A DNA stretch of 64,000 nucleotides from Ranitomeya imitator (GCF_032444005.1 NC_091291.1:4216001-4280000); one strand, 5' to 3'; counted from the stretch's first letter, positions 11,426 through 24,800 are shown. Translations and numbers: made by a program. The notes: generated from the sequence alone by a model not told the origin.

Positions 11426-14400
11426 CTCCTCCTCCTCCCTGTGGCGGTGTCTGTGGTGGTCGCGCTCCTCCTCCCTGTGGCGGTGTCTGTGGCAGTCGCG
11501 CTCCTCCTCCCTGTGGCGGTGTCTGTGGCGGTCGCGCTCCTCCTCCCTGTGGCGGTGTCTGTGGTGGTCGTGCTCCTCCTCCCTCCCTGTGGCGGTGTCT
11601 GTGGTGGTCGTGCTCCTCCTCCTCCCTCCCTGTGGCGGTGTCTGTGGTGGTCGTGCTCCTCCTCCCTCCCTGTGGCGGTGTCTGTGGTGGTGGTCGTGCT
11701 CCTCCTCCCTCCCTGTGGCGGTGTCTGTGGTTGTCGTGCTCCTCCTCCTCCCTCCCTGTGGCGGTGTCTGTGGTGGTCGTGCTCCTCCTCCTCCCTCCCT
11801 GTGGCGGTGTCTGTGGTGGTCGTGCTCCTCCTCCTCCCTCCCTGTGGCGGTGTCTGTGGTGGTCGTGCTCCTCCTCCCTCCCTGTGGCGGTGTCTGTGGT
11901 GGTCGTGCTCCTCCTCCCTCCCTGTGGCGGTGTCTGTGGTGGTCGTGCTCCTCCTCCCTCCCTGTGGCGGTGTCTGTGGTGGTCGTGCTCCTCCTCCTCC
12001 CTCCCTGTGGCGGTGTCTGTGGTGGTCGTGCTCCTCCTCCCTCCCTGTGGCGGTGTCTGTGGTGGTCGTGCTCCTCCTCCCTCCCTGTGGCGGTGTCTAT
12101 GGTGGTCGTGCTCCTCCCTCCCTGTGGCGGTGTCTGTGGTGGTCGTGCTCCTCCTCCCTCCCTGTGGCGGTGTCTGTGGTGGTCGTGCTCCTCCTCCCTC
12201 CCTGTGGCGTTGTCAGTGGTGGTCGTGCTCCTCCTCCCTTCCTGTGGCGGTGTCTGTGGTGGTCGTCCTTCTCCTCCCTCCCTGTGGCGGTGTCTGTGGT
12301 GGTCGTGCTCCTCCTCCCTCCCTGTGGCGGTGTCTGTGGTGGTCGTGCTCCTCCTCCTCCCTCCCTGTGGCGGTGTCTGTGGTGGTCGTGCTCCTCCTCC
12401 CTCCCTGTGGCGGTGTCTGTGGTGGTCGTGCTCCTCCTCCTCCCTCCCTGTGGCGGTGTCTGTGGTGGTCGTGCTCCTCCTCCTCCCTCCCTGTGGCGGT
12501 GTCTGTGGTGGTCGTACTCCTCCTCCTCCCTGTGACGGTGTCTGTGGTGGTCGTGCTCCTCCTCCCTCCCTGTGGCGGTGTCTGTGGTGGTCGTGCTCCT
12601 CTTCCCTCCCTGTGGCGGTGTCTGTGGTGGTCGTGCTCCTCTTCCCTGTGGCGGTGTCTGTGGTGGTCGTGCTCCTCCTCCCTCCCTGTGGCGGTGTCAT
12701 GGTGGTCGTGCTCCTCCCTCCCTGTGGCGGTGTCTGTGGTGGTCGTGCTCCTCCTCCCTCCCTGTGGCGGTGTCTGTGGTGGTCGTGCTCCTCCTCCCTC
12801 CCTGTGGCGTTGTCAGTGGTGGTCGTGCTCCTCCTCCCTGTGGCGGTGTCTGTGGTGGTGGTCGTGCTCCTCCTCCCTCCCTGTGGCGGTGTCTGTGGTG
12901 GTCGTGCTCCTCCTCCCTCCCTGTGGCGGTGTCTGTGGTGGTCGTGCTCCTCCTCCTCCCTCCCTGTGGCGGTGTCTGTGGTGGTCGTGCTCCTCCTCCT
13001 CCCTCCCTGTGGCGGTGTCTGTGGTGGTCGTGCTCCTCCTCCTCCCTCCCTGTGGCGGTGTCTGTGGTGGTCGTGCTCCTCTTCCCTGTGGCGGTGTCTG
13101 TGGTGGTCGTGCTCCTCCTCCTCCCTGTGGCGGTCATGCTCCTCCTCCCTCCCTGTGGCGGTGTCTGTGGTGGTCGTGCTCCTCCTCCCTCCCTGTGGCG
13201 GTGTCTGTGGTGGTCGTGCTCCTCCTCCTCCCTGTGACGGTGTCTGCGGTGGTCGCGCTCCTCCTCCCTGTGGCGGTGTCTGTGGTGGTCGTGCTCTTCC
13301 TCCCTGTGGCGGTGTCTGTGGTGGTCGTGCTCCTCCTCCCTGTGGCGGTGTCTGTGGTGGTCGCGCTCCTCCTCCCTGTGGCGGTGTCTGTGGTGGTCGC
13401 GCTCCTCCTCCATGTGGCGGTGTCTGTGGTGGTCGCGCTCCTCCTCCCTCTCTGTGGCGGTGTCTGTGGTGGTCGCGCTCCTCCTCTCTCCCTGTGGCGG
13501 TGTCTGTGGTGGTCGCGCTCCTCCTCCCTGTGGTGGTCGCGCTCCTCCTCCCTGTGGCGGTGTCTGTGGTGGTCGCGCTCCTCCTCCCTGTGGCGGTGTC
13601 TGTGGTGGTCGCGCTCCTCCTCCCTGTGGCGGTGTCTGTGGTGGTCGCGCTCCTCCTCCCTGTGGCGGTGTCTGGTGGTCGCGCTCCTCCTCCCTGTGGC
13701 GGTGTCTGTGGTGGTCGCGCTCCTCCTCCCTCTCTGTGGCGGTGTCTGTGGTGGTCGCGCTCCTCCTCCCTGTGGCGGTGTCTGTGGTGGTCGTGCTCCT
13801 CCTCGCTCCCTGTGACGGTGTCTGTGGTGGTCGTGCTCCTCCTCCCTCCCTGTGGCGGTGTCTGTGGTGGTCGTGCTCCTCCTCCCTCCCTGTGGCGGTG
13901 TCTGTGGTGGTCGTGCTCCTCCTCCCTCCCTGTGGCGGTGTCTGTGGTGGTCGTGCTCCTCCTCCTCCCTGTGGCGGTGTCTGTGGTGGTCGTGCTCCTC
14001 CTCCCTCCCTGTGGCGGTGTCTGTGGTGGTCGTGCTCCTCCTCCCTCCCTGTCGCGGTGTCTGTGGTGGTCGTGCTCCTCCTCCCTCCCTGTGGCGGTGT
14101 CTGTGGTGGTCGTGCTCCTCCTCCCTCCCTGTGGCGGTGTCTGTGGTGGTCGTGCTCCTCCTCCCTCCCTGTGGCGGTGTCTGTGGTGGTCGTGCTCCTC
14201 CTCCCTCCCTGTGGCGGTGTCTGTGGTGGTCGTGCTCCTCCTCCCTCCCTGTGGCGGTGTCTGTGGTGGTCGTGCTCCTCCTCCCTCCCTGTGGCGGTGT
14301 CTGTGGTGGTCGTGCTCCTCCTCCCTCCCTGTGGCGGTGTCTGTGGTGGTCGTGCTCCTCCTCCCTCCCTGTGGCGGTGTCTGTGGTGGTCGTGCTCCTC

Positions 14401-17400
14401 CTCCCTCCCTGTGGCGGTGTCTGTGGTGGTCGTGCTCCTCCTCCCTCCCTGTGGCGGTGTCTGTGGTGGTCGTGCTCCTCCTCCCTCCCTGTGGCGGTGT
14501 CTGTGGTGGTCGTGCTCCTCCTCCTCCCTGTGGCGGTGTCTGTGGTGGTCGTGCTCCTCCTCCCTGTGGCGGTGTCTGTGGTGGTGGTCGTGCTCCTCCT
14601 CCCTCCCTGTGGCGGTGTCTGTGGTGGTCGCGCTCCTCCTCCCTCCCTGTGGCGGTGTCTGTGGTGGTCGTGCTCCTCCTCCCTCCCTGTGGCGGTGTCT
14701 GTGGTGGTCGTGCTCCTCCTCCTCCCTCCCTGTGGCGGTGTCTGTGGTGGTCGTGCTCCTCCTCCTCCCTCCCTGTGGCGGTGTCTGTGGTGGTCGTGCT
14801 CCTCCTCCTCCCTCCCTGTGGCGGTGTCTGTGGTGGTCGTGCTCCTCCTCCTCCCTCCCTGTGGCGGTGTCTGTGGTGGTCGTGCTCCTCCTCCCTGTGG
14901 CGGTGTCTGTGGTGGTCGTGCTCCTCCTCCTCCCTGTGGCGGTCGTGCTCCTCCTCCCTCCCTGTGGCGGTGTCTGTGGTGGTCGTGCTCCTCCTCCCTC
15001 CTTGTGGCGGTGTCTGTGGTGGTCGTGCTCCTCCTCCTCCCTCCCTGTGGCGGTGTCTGTGGTGGTCGTGCTCCTCCTCCTCCCTCCCTGTGGTGGTCGT
15101 GCTCCTCCTCCTCCCTCCCTGTGGCGGTGTCTGTGGTGGTCGTGCTCCTCCTCCTCCCTGTGGCGGTGTCTGTGGTGGTGGTCGTGCTCCTCCTCCCTCC
15201 CTGTGGCGGTGTCTGTGGTGGTCGTGCTCCTCCTCCCTCCCTGTGGCGGTGTCTGTGGTGGTCGTGCTCCTCCTCCCTCCCTGTGGCGGTGTCTGTGGTG
15301 GTCGTGCTCCTCCTCCCTCCCTGTGGCGGTGTCTGTGGTGGTCGTGCTTCTCCTCCCTGTGGCGGTGTCTGTGGTGGTCGTGCTCCTCCTCCTCCCTGTG
15401 GCGGTGTCTGTGGTGGTCGTGCTCCTCCTCCCTGTGGCGGTCGTGCTCCTCCTCCCTGTGGCGGTCGTGCTCCTCCTCCCTGTGGCGGTGTCTGTGGTGG
15501 TGGTCGTGCTCCTCCTCCCTCCCTGTGGCGGTGTCTGTGGTGGTCGCGCTCCTCCTCCCTCCCTGTGGCGGTGTCTGTGGTGGTCGTGCTCCTCCTCCCT
15601 CCCTGTGGCGGTGTCTGTGGTGGTCGTGCTCCTCCTCCTCCCTCCCTGTGGCGGTGTCTGTGGTGGTCGTGCTCCTCCTCCCTGTGGCTGTGTCTGTAGT
15701 GGTCGTGCTCCTCCTCCTCCCTGTGGCGGTGTCTGTGGCGGTCGTGCTCCTCCTCCCTCCCTGTGGTGGTCGTGCTCCTCCTCCCTCCCTGTGTCTGTGG
15801 TGGTCGTGCTCCTCCTCCCTCCCTGTGGCGGTGTCTGTGGTGGTCGTGCTCCTCCTCCCTCCCTGTGGCGGTGTCTGTGGTGGTCGTGCTCCTCCTCCCT
15901 CCCTGTGGCGGTGTCTGTGGCGGTCGTGCTCCTCCTCCCTCCCTGTGGCGGTGTCTGTGGCGGTCGTGCTCCTCCTCCCTCCCTGTGGCGGTGTCTGTGG
16001 TGGTCGTGCTCCTCCTCCCTCCCTGTGGCGGTGTCTGTGGCGGTCGTGCTCCTCCTCCCTCCCTGTGGCGGTCGTGCTCCTCCTCCCTCCCTGTGGCGGT
16101 GTCTGTGGTGGTCGTGCTCCTCCTCCCTCCCTGTGGCGGTCGTGCTCATCCTCCCTCCCTGTGGCGGTCGTGCTCCTCCTCCCTCCCTGTGGCGGTCGTG
16201 CTCCTCCTCCCTCCCTGTGGCGGTCGTGCTCCTCCTCCCTCCCTGTGGCGGTCGTGCTCCTCCTCCCTCCCTGTGGCGGTCGTGCTCCTCCTCCCTCCCT
16301 GTGGCGGTCGTGCTCCTCCTCCCTCCCTGTGGCGGTCGTGCTCCTCCTCCCTCCCTGTGGCGGTCGTGCTCCTCCTCCCTCCCTGTGGCGGTCGTGCTCC
16401 TCCTCCCTCCCTGTGGCGGTCGTGCTCCTCCTCCCTCCCTGTGGCGGTCGTGCTCCTCCTCCCTCCCTGTGGCGGTCGTGCTCCTCCTCCCTCCCTGTGG
16501 CGGTCGTGCTCCTCCTCCCTCCCTGTGGCGGTCGTGCTCCTCCTCCCTCCCTGTGGCGGTCGTGCTCCTCCTCCCTCCCTGTGGCGGTCGTGCTCCTCCT
16601 CCCTCCCTGTGGCGGTCGTGCTCCTCCTCCCTCCCTGTGGCGGTCGTGCTCCTCCTCCCTCCCTGTGGCGGTCGTGCTCCTCCTCCCTCCCTGTGGCGGT
16701 CGTGCTCCTCCTCCCTCCCTGTGGCGGTCGTGCTCCTCCTCCCTCCCTGTGGCGGTCGTGCTCCTCCTCCCTCCCTGTGGCGGTCGTGCTCCTCCTCCCT
16801 CCCTGTGGCGGTCGTGCTCCTCCTCCCTCCCTGTGGCGGTCGTGCTCCTCCTCCCTCCCTGTGGCGGTCGTGCTCCTCCTCCCTCCCTGTGGCGGTCGTG
16901 CTCCTCCTCCCTCCCTGTGGCGGTCGTGCTCCTCCTCCCTCCCTGTGGCGGTCGTGCTCCTCCTCCCTCCCTGTGGCGGTCGTGCTCCTCCTCCCTCCCT
17001 GTGGCGGTCGTGCTCCTCCTCCCTCCCTGTGGCGGTCGTGCTCCTCCTCCCTCCCTGTGGCGGTCGTGCTCCTCCTCCCTCCCTGTGGCGGTCGTGCTCC
17101 TCCTCCCTCCCTGTGGCGGTCGTGCTCCTCCTCCCTCCCTGTGGCGGTCGTGCTCCTCCTCCCTCCCTGTGGCGGTCGTGCTCCTCCTCCCTCCCTGTGG
17201 CGGTCGTGCTCCTCCTCCCTCCCTGTGGCGGTCGTGCTCCTCCTCCCTCCCTGTGGCGGTCGTGCTCCTCCTCCCTCCCTGTGGCGGTCGTGCTCCTCCT
17301 CCCTCCCTGTGGCGGTCGTGCTCCTCCTCCCTCCCTGTGGCGGTCGTGCTCCTCCTCCCTCCCTGTGGCGGTCGTGCTCCTCCTCCCTCCCTGTGGCGGT

Positions 17401-17615
17401 CGTGCTCCTCCTCCCTCCCTGTGGCGGTCGTGCTCCTCCTCCCTCCCTGTGGCGGTCGTGCTCCTCCTCCCTCCCTGTGGCGGTCGTGCTCCTCCTCCCT
17501 CCCTGTGGCGGTCGTGCTCCTCCTCCCTCCCTGTGGCGGTGCTTGCGGTGGTCGTGCCGGGCACCCCTCCTCCTCCCTCCCTGCGGCGGTGGTCGTGCGC
17601 CCCCTCCTCCTCCCT
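11426..17615. repeat. A-poor G/C/T minisatellite in SZRD1 intron 1: variable about 25-43 bp units, then a homogeneous 28-bp block (CTCCCTGTGGCGGTCGTGCTCCTCCTCC, about 16145-17539)
   Basis: Read directly; the near absence of A on + prevents stop codons, hence the 1400-2200 aa pseudo-ORFs. Confidence 0.97.
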
Positions 17616-17846
17616 CTAGCAATCCCTGGGGTTGCGGTGGGTGCGGGTTTTGCCCTTGTCGCCCGGTTTGGGGCGTGCAGGTATCGGGAGATGGCGGCTA
17701 TTAATAGCGGCTGCGGATATTTATACCTCCACACGTCGCACTGAAGTCCTGCGCTGCAGCGTAGTCATGTGACCGGACACCCTGCGCTGCCCCGTCTGTA
17801 ACACCTCGAGGTGCTCGTCAGTCAATGCTGGGAGTTGTAGTCTAGC

Positions 17847-17949
17847 TTAACCCCTTCCTGACATGTATGCGTGCAGTGCCGGCTGTATAGCTGTAGATTA
17901 ACCTCTTAGATGCCACAACCATTTGTGACTGCAACATTTCAAGGGTTAA
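17847..17949. mobile_element. Short TTAA-flanked MITE-like remnant (piggyBac/Kolobok-type ends)
   Basis: TTAACCCCTT ... AAGGGTTAA. Confidence 0.35.
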
Positions 17950-18184
17950 CTACTACGGGGGGCTCTGAGGTTCCTATAGGTCGTCGTACTGGCCGTGGAC
18001 CCTCTGCGAGCCCCTGTGGTCGCAGGTACCTGAGTGGCTATAATGCTGGGCAGAAACTCGCTACAGACGGACGGATCTCCCTGCGCTGATCCTGGGCGTT
18101 AAGAAACCTGCGAGGAAAGTCAGACGTGCGACACTGGTACACTGAAACGCAGACTCAGCTCACTGCAGCATTTATCTTTTCCAG

Positions 18185-18234
18185 GAAATAGATCGACGGT
18201 TAGAGAAGAAGCTGCGGATAACAGAGAGGGAGAG
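18185..18234 (+). CDS. SZRD1: SZRD1 exon 2 (EIDRRLEKKLRITERE)
   Basis: TTTTCCAG acceptor, GTAAGA donor, 50 nt, phase-consistent. Confidence 0.95.
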
Positions 18235-18257
18235 GTAAGAGGCGAGCGTGAGCGGTG

Positions 18258-20690
18258 TACAGTGACTGCAGAATAGCGAGTGCAGCTCTGGGGTATAATA
18301 CAGGATGTAACTCAGGATCAGTAATGTAATGTATGTACACAGTGACTGCACCAGCAGAATAGTGAGTGCAGCTCTGGAGTATAATACAGGAGGTAACTCA
18401 GGATCAGTAATGTAATGTATGTACACAGTGACTGCACCAGCAGAATAGTGAGTGCAGCTCTGGAGTATAATACAGGATGTAACTCAGGATCAGTAATGTA
18501 ATGTATGTACACAGTGACTGCACCGGCAGAATAGTGAGTGCAGCTCTGGAGTATAATACAGGAGGTAACTCAGGATCAGTATTGTAATGTATGTACACAG
18601 TGACTGCACCAGCAGAATAGTGAGTGCAGCTCTGGAGTATAATACAGGATGTAACTCAGGATCAGTATTGTAATGTATGTACACAGTGACTGCACCAGCA
18701 GAATAGTGAGTGCAGCTCTGGAGTATAATACAGGAGGTAACTCAGGATCAGTAATGTAATGTATGTACACAGTGACTGCACCAGGAGAATAGTGAGTACA
18801 GCTCTGGAGGATAATACAGGATGTAACTCAGGATCAGTAATGTAATGTATGTACACAGTGACTGCACCGGCAGAATAGAGAGTGCAGCTCTGTGGTATAA
18901 TACAGGAGGTAACTCAGGATCAGTAATGTAATGTATGTACACAGTGACTGCACCAGCAGAATAGTGAGTGCAGCTCTGGAGTATAATACAGGATGTAACT
19001 CAGGATCAGTAATGTAATGTATGTACACAGTGACTGCACCGGCAGAATAGTGAGTGCAGCTCTGGAGTATAATACAGGAGGTAACTCAGGATCAGTATTG
19101 TAATGTATGTACACAGTGACTGCACCAGCAGAATAGTGAGTGCAGCTCTGGAGTATAATACAGGATGTAACTCAGGATCAGTATTGTAATGTATGTACAC
19201 AGTGACTGCACCAGCAGAATAGTGAGTGCAGCTCTGGAGTATAATACAGGAGGTAACTCAGGATCAGTAATGTAATGTATGTACACAGTGACTGCACCAG
19301 GAGAATAGTGAGTACAGCTCTGGAGGATAATACAGGAGGTAACTCAGGATCAGTAATGTAATGTATGTACACAGTGACTGCACCGGCAGAATAGAGAGTG
19401 CAGCTCTGGGGTATAATACAGGAGGTAACTCAGGATCAGTAATGTAATGTATGTACACAGTGACTGCACCAGCAGAATAGTGAGTGCAGCTCTGGGGTAT
19501 AATACAGGATGTAACTCAGGATCAGTAATGTAATGTATGTACACAGTGACTGCACCAGCAGAATAGTGAGTGCAGCTCTGGGGTATAATATAGGATGTAA
19601 CTCAGGATCAGTAATGTATGTACACAGTGACTGCACCAGCAGAATAGTGAGTGCAGCTCTGGGGTATAATACAGGAGGTAACTCAGGATCAGTAATGTAA
19701 TGTATGTACACAGTGACTGCACCAGCAGAATAGTGAGTGCAGCTCTGGGGTATAATACAGGATGTAACTCAGGATCAGTAATGTAATGTATGTACACAGT
19801 GACTGCACCAGCAGAATAGTGAGTGCAGCTCTGGGTTATAATACAGGATGTAACTCAGGATCAGTAATGTATGTACACAGTGACTGCACCAGCAGAATAG
19901 TGAGTGCAGCTCTGGGTTATAATACAGGATGTAACTCAGGATCAGTAATGTAATGTATGTACACAGTGACTGCACCAGCAGAATAGAGAGTGCAGCTCTG
20001 GGGTATAATACAGGAGGTAACTCAGGATCAGTAATGTATGTACACAGTGACTGCACCAGCAGAATAGAGTGCAGCTCTGGGGTATAATACAGGAGGTAAC
20101 TCAGGATCAGTAATGTATGTACACAGTGACTGCACCAGCAGAATAGAGTGCAGCTCTGGGGTATAATACAGGAGGTAACTCAGGGTCAGTAATGTAATGT
20201 ATGTACACAGTGACTGCACCAACAGAATAGTGAGTGCAGCTCTGGGTTATAATACAGGATGTAACTCAGGATCAGTAATGTAATGTATGTACACAGTGAC
20301 TGCACCAGCAGAATAGTGAGTGCAGCTCTGGGTTATAATACAGGATGTAACTCAGGATCAGTAATGTAATGTATGTACACAGTGACTGCACCAGCAGAAT
20401 AGTGAGTGCAGCTCTGGAGTATAATACAGGAGGTAACTCAGGATCAGTAATGTAATGTATGTACACAGTGACTGCAGAATAGAGAGTGCAGCTCTGGGGT
20501 ATAATACAGGATGTAACTCAGGATCAGTAATGTAATGTATGTACACAGTGACTGCACCAGCAGAATAGTGAGTGCAGCTCTGGAGTATAATACAGGATGT
20601 AACTCAGGATCAGTAATGTAATGTATGTACACAGTGACTGCACCAGCAGAATAGTGAGTGCAGCTCTGGAGTATGATCCGGGATGTAACG
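18258..20690. repeat. 86-bp satellite in SZRD1 intron 2 (CAGTAATGTAATGTATGTACACAGTGACTGCACCAGCAGAATAGTGAGTGCAGCTCTGGAGTATAATACAGGATGTAACTCAGGAT)
   Basis: ORF starts step by exactly 86; identical translations recur at 516 bp (6x86 higher-order repeat). Confidence 0.97.
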
Positions 20691-20876
20691 TATTGGGATC
20701 AGTCTTGCACACACTATTGGTCCTCTGACCGCTCCTCCTGGCAGCCAGTTGGGTCAGGCTTACAGTGAAGTGCTGCGTTCTCCTCCAGCCTCGCTCGGTG
20801 TTGTGCTGTCGGTCGGGGGGTGCTAGTCCTTTATTTGGAGACTTTCCGGGTCTTTATATTCTCGTTCTTTTTTCAG

Positions 20877-21131
20877 CAGGAAATCCAAGTCTCCTCCCAA
20901 AGCTCCGGTGGTCATTCAGGACGATTCTCTCCCGGCGGGTCCTCCCCCGCAGATCAGGATCCTGAAGAGGCCTACAAGCAACGGATTGTCGAGTAACCCC
21001 CATGCCAGCAGCCGGCCGGCCGTCCCTTTGAAGTCGTTGGCTCAGAGGGAGGCGGAGTACGCAGAGGCCAGGAAACGTATCCTCGGCTGCGCCAGTCCGG
21101 AGGAGGAGCCGGAGAAGCCAGTAGTGGAGCG
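20877..21131 (+). CDS. SZRD1: SZRD1 exon 3 (SUZ domain: PQIRILKRP...[19 protein letters not shown])
   Basis: SUZ motif; tandem CAGCAG acceptor (exon start 20877 or 20880); GTGAGT donor. Confidence 0.96.
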
Positions 21132-21307
21132 GTGAGTGGTCCCGAGGCAGCGCTGCCACCATTAGTGGTCTGCGGACCTGGCCGCGCATTGGATGGCTCT
21201 TGGGGTCCCTGCGGACGGTCGGCTTCTTGGGCCGCCCCTGCGTTGGATGTGACTCCTCACTGATGGCATTATGGACGCCGGGCTGACCTTCACCCTTTGT
21301 CTTTCAG

Positions 21308-21410
21308 GCCTGTGCGGATCAACCAGTCGGAGGACAGCAGACCTTCTAATGACGTGATCCGGCAGCCGCTGGGTCCGGACGGTTCACAGGGTTTCAAACA
21401 GCGCAGATAG
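21308..21410 (+). CDS. SZRD1: SZRD1 exon 4 (SUZ-C: [18 protein letters not shown]-stop)
   Basis: SUZ-C motif RQPxGPDGSxGF; TAG at 21408-21410. Confidence 0.96.
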
Positions 21411-23297
21411 ATGTACCTGAAGAATGCCGCCATGGGCCCCACCGGCCCGTCACACCAATGGACACGAGCAGAGGGAGTCGCCTCATTTACTTGCACTTTG
21501 ATGACCTTTTGCTCCGCCCACTGTGACCTTAAACCCCGTGCACTGTGACCCCCTTTCCGCCACCCCTGTAGCTCCGACCACTGTGACCGGCACATCGCCA
21601 CGCGCTGCCCTAGGTCTTATCACAAGGGCTAAGCGTGTGCGTGTGCAGTAGATGGGTGGGCAGGGAGCGGGCAGAGTTGGGGGCGCCCTGTGCCTGCAAC
21701 TGCCACTTCTCTGGAAGTTACCGCCAGCAATAACGTTGTGTCCGTCATGTCTGTGGGGGGCGCTTGTGTCCTCTCCCCTCGTCATGAGTTTCCTTTGAGT
21801 GCATGTCTGCCTCCTCGCTGCTGAGGACGTTGTCGGCGGGGACCGGGGCCCCGCTCCTCAGGTGTCGTGTGCATGAGCCAGTTTTAATTCCGAGATGATT
21901 TTAGCAGAGGGAATGGAGCGGTGGCATCCAGTGCTGAGGACCGCAGGGTCCGCCTGGTGCCGCGAGGGGTTAACGCCTGTGCTGTCCCCGGAGCACAAGA
22001 TGTAGAAGAGAGTGGGATTTTTATTTTTTTGCACGGTTTGGGGCTGTATCCCCCGTAGTGACGACGCGGTGGATGGTATGGAAGGCAGCAGTGGGGTCTT
22101 TTTTTGATAGTTTTTGGACGTCGTCTTGGTTTTTGTGCACTGAACTGGAGTTAACAATCCAGATCCGCTCCACTTTAAGAGCTGACGTGTCTTTATCTGT
22201 CCGATGAGCGGGGCCGCCATGTTGTACAGAGGACTCTGAATGCTCCAGGTGGAGGGATGACACATTCACGTGCACGGACCGTGCGGCTTCCGGCTCGCTG
22301 CGCTCTCTTGCTGGTTTGTGTATATATATATTTTTTTTCATTTTGTAATAATCATGGGTTTCATGTCAAATTATCCGAGAAAGTTCAGGTTCCTGCGATG
22401 CCAAAATGCCTGTTGGCGGCTGCGTGCCTGCAGGCGCGATGGAGGAGCCTTATATAAGAGGAAGCTACGGCATTCCCCATAGACCGTGATCACGGCCTCA
22501 TCGGGTGCCCTCCGTGGGTTAATAATGGTGCGGCTCAGGACGTGGGCCTCCGCGTGGGCCGGGTCTGCGGTCAGTACACTTTCCTGGTGTGTGAATGTTG
22601 TAGTCGCTCTTTTATATAAGTCAGAGATTTGTAACGATGAATTTCACTGCAGGAGAGACGTCGGCCTTAATAAAGAATGTAAAAAGTCTCCATCCTCGGG
22701 AGCGTCTCTACTGCGCCGGGGCTTCAGCCATGTCCGGTCTTCTCCTCCGCTCACATCCAGAGCTGCGGTCATTCTGCTGCTTCCAGGTATTTCATGGTCT
22801 CCATCTACCACTTGTGCTGAGCTGACAGCTGCGCAGATCCAGGCAGACTGGACGGGGGCTGCTCTGGATGTGACTGGAGTCCAGGACACGATGGGATCCG
22901 TGTAGAGCGGGGTCCTGACACAGGGAGGTTGGGTTCTGCTGCAGTTGATGGAGGTTGTCCAGGACAGGAAGGAATATTTGCTGTTCTTCCAGCGCCTCCT
23001 CTGTCCATGTGTGGTATTGCAGACCACCTGATGCTCCCGCTCAGACATGGTGCAGTTTATCGATATATACTTCCTGGACAACTCCTCTAATAGACCCTAG
23101 GGTCCCGCTGTGTGTAGTCATGTACCCGCCTTGGGGTGAGTACGGCCCCTGACTGACCCGAATCTTCAGTATTAGTGTTGTCAGCTGTCCTGGGGAGGGG
23201 CATTAATCGTGTGTTCAGTCCTGAACTTCCCGTGTTTCTGGAGGGGCAGTGCCGCTCCCGGTTTACAAAATCCGGAAGATTAATATCACTCTTTCTA

Positions 23298-23303
23298 AAT
23301 AAA
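23298..23303 (+). terminator. Putative SZRD1 polyadenylation signal AATAAA
   Basis: AATAAA followed by GU-rich GTGTTGTGTG; implies a 3' UTR of about 1.9 kb. Confidence 0.6.
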
Positions 23304-23383
23304 CGAGTGTTGTGTGATTTCCACTACTGTCCTCTGCCTATTGTTACTGACTGGGGGAGGGGCGCCCGCCGGGTGCTCTTGCC

Positions 23384-24800
23384 TGCCTGCTCCCGGGTCC
23401 TCTTGCCTGCCTCCTCACCTGGTGCTCTTGCCCGTCCTCCTCGCCTGGTGCTCTTGCCCGTCCTCCTCGCCTGGTGCTCTTGCCCGTCCTCCTCGCCTGG
23501 TGCTCTTGCCCGTCCTCCTCGCCTGGTGCTCTTGCCCGTCCTCCTCGCCTGGTGCTCTTGCCTGTCCTCCTCGCCTGGTGCTCTTGTCCGTCCTCCTCGC
23601 CTGGTGCTCTTGCCCTCCGGGTGCTTTTGCCTGCATCCTTGCCTGGTGCTCTTGCCTGCCTCCTCTCCTGGTGCTCTTGCCCGTCCTCCTCGCCTGGTGC
23701 TCTTGCCCGTCCTCCTCGCCTGGTGCTCTTGCCCGTCCTCCTCGCCTGGTGCTCTTGCCCGTCCTCCTCGCCTGGTGCTCTTGCCCGTCCTCCTCGCCTG
23801 GTGCTCTTGCCCGTCCTCCTCGCCTGGTGCTCTTGCCCGTCCTCCTCGCCTGGTGCTCTTGCCCGTCCTCCTCGCCTGGTGCTCTTGCCCGTCCTCCTCG
23901 CCTGGTGCTCTTGCCCGTCCTCCTCGCCTGGTGCTCTTGCCCGTCCTCCTCGCCTGGTGCTCTTGCCCGTCCTCCTCGCCTGGTGCTCTTGCCCGTCCTC
24001 CTCGCCTGGTGCTCTTGCCCGTCCTCCTCGCCTGGTGCTCTTGCCCGTCCTCCTCGCCTGGTGCTCTTGCCCGTCCTCCTCGCCTGGTGCTCTTGCCCGT
24101 CCTCCTCGCCTGGTGCTCTTGCCCGTCCTCCTCGCCTGGTGCTCTTGCCCGTCCTCCTCGCCTGGTGCTCTTGCCCGTCCTCCTCGCCTGGTGCTCTTGC
24201 CCGTCCTCCTCGCCTGGTGCTCTTGCCCGTCCTCCTCGCCTGGTGCTCTTGCCCGTCCTCCTCGCCTGGTGCTCTTGCCCGTCCTCCTCGCCTGGTGCTC
24301 TTGCCCGTCCTCCTCGCCTGGTGCTCTTGCCCGTCCTCCTCGCCTGGTGCTCTTGCCCGTCCTCCTCGCCTGGTGCTCTTGCCCGTCCTCCTCGCCTGGT
24401 GCTCTTGCCCGTCCTCCTCGCCTGGTGCTCTTGCCCGTCCTCCTCGCCTGGTGCTCTTGCCCGTCCTCCTCGCCTGGTGCTCTTGCCCGTCCTCCTCGCC
24501 TGGTGCTCTTGCCCGTCCTCCTCGCCTGGTGCTCTTGCCCGTCCTCCTCGCCTGGTGCTCTTGCCCGTCCTCCTCGCCTGGTGCTCTTGCCCGTCCTCCT
24601 CGCCTGGTGCTCTTGCCCGTCCTCCTCGCCTGGTGCTCTTGCCCGTCCTCCTCGCCTGGTGCTCTTGCCCGTCCTCCTCGCCTGGTGCTCTTGCCCGTCC
24701 TCCTCGCCTGGTGCTCTTGCCCGTCCTCCTCGCCTGGTGCTCTTGCCCGCCTCCTCGCCTGGTGCTCTTGCCCGCCTCCTCGCCTCGTGCTCTTGCCCGC
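23384..24800. repeat. 26-bp A-free minisatellite (GCCCGTCCTCCTCGCCTGGTGCTCTT)
   Basis: About 50 copies, most apparently identical; period 26 measured at 24001/24027. Confidence 0.97.

Noticed and set aside
11060-17744. 1400-2200 aa ORFs on both strands
   Set aside because: Artefacts of an A-poor tandem repeat inside SZRD1 intron 1; overlapping frames, low complexity
18172-20712. Series of 64-aa Cys/His-containing ORFs as a tandem gene family
   Set aside because: They step by the 86-bp satellite period and overlap each other
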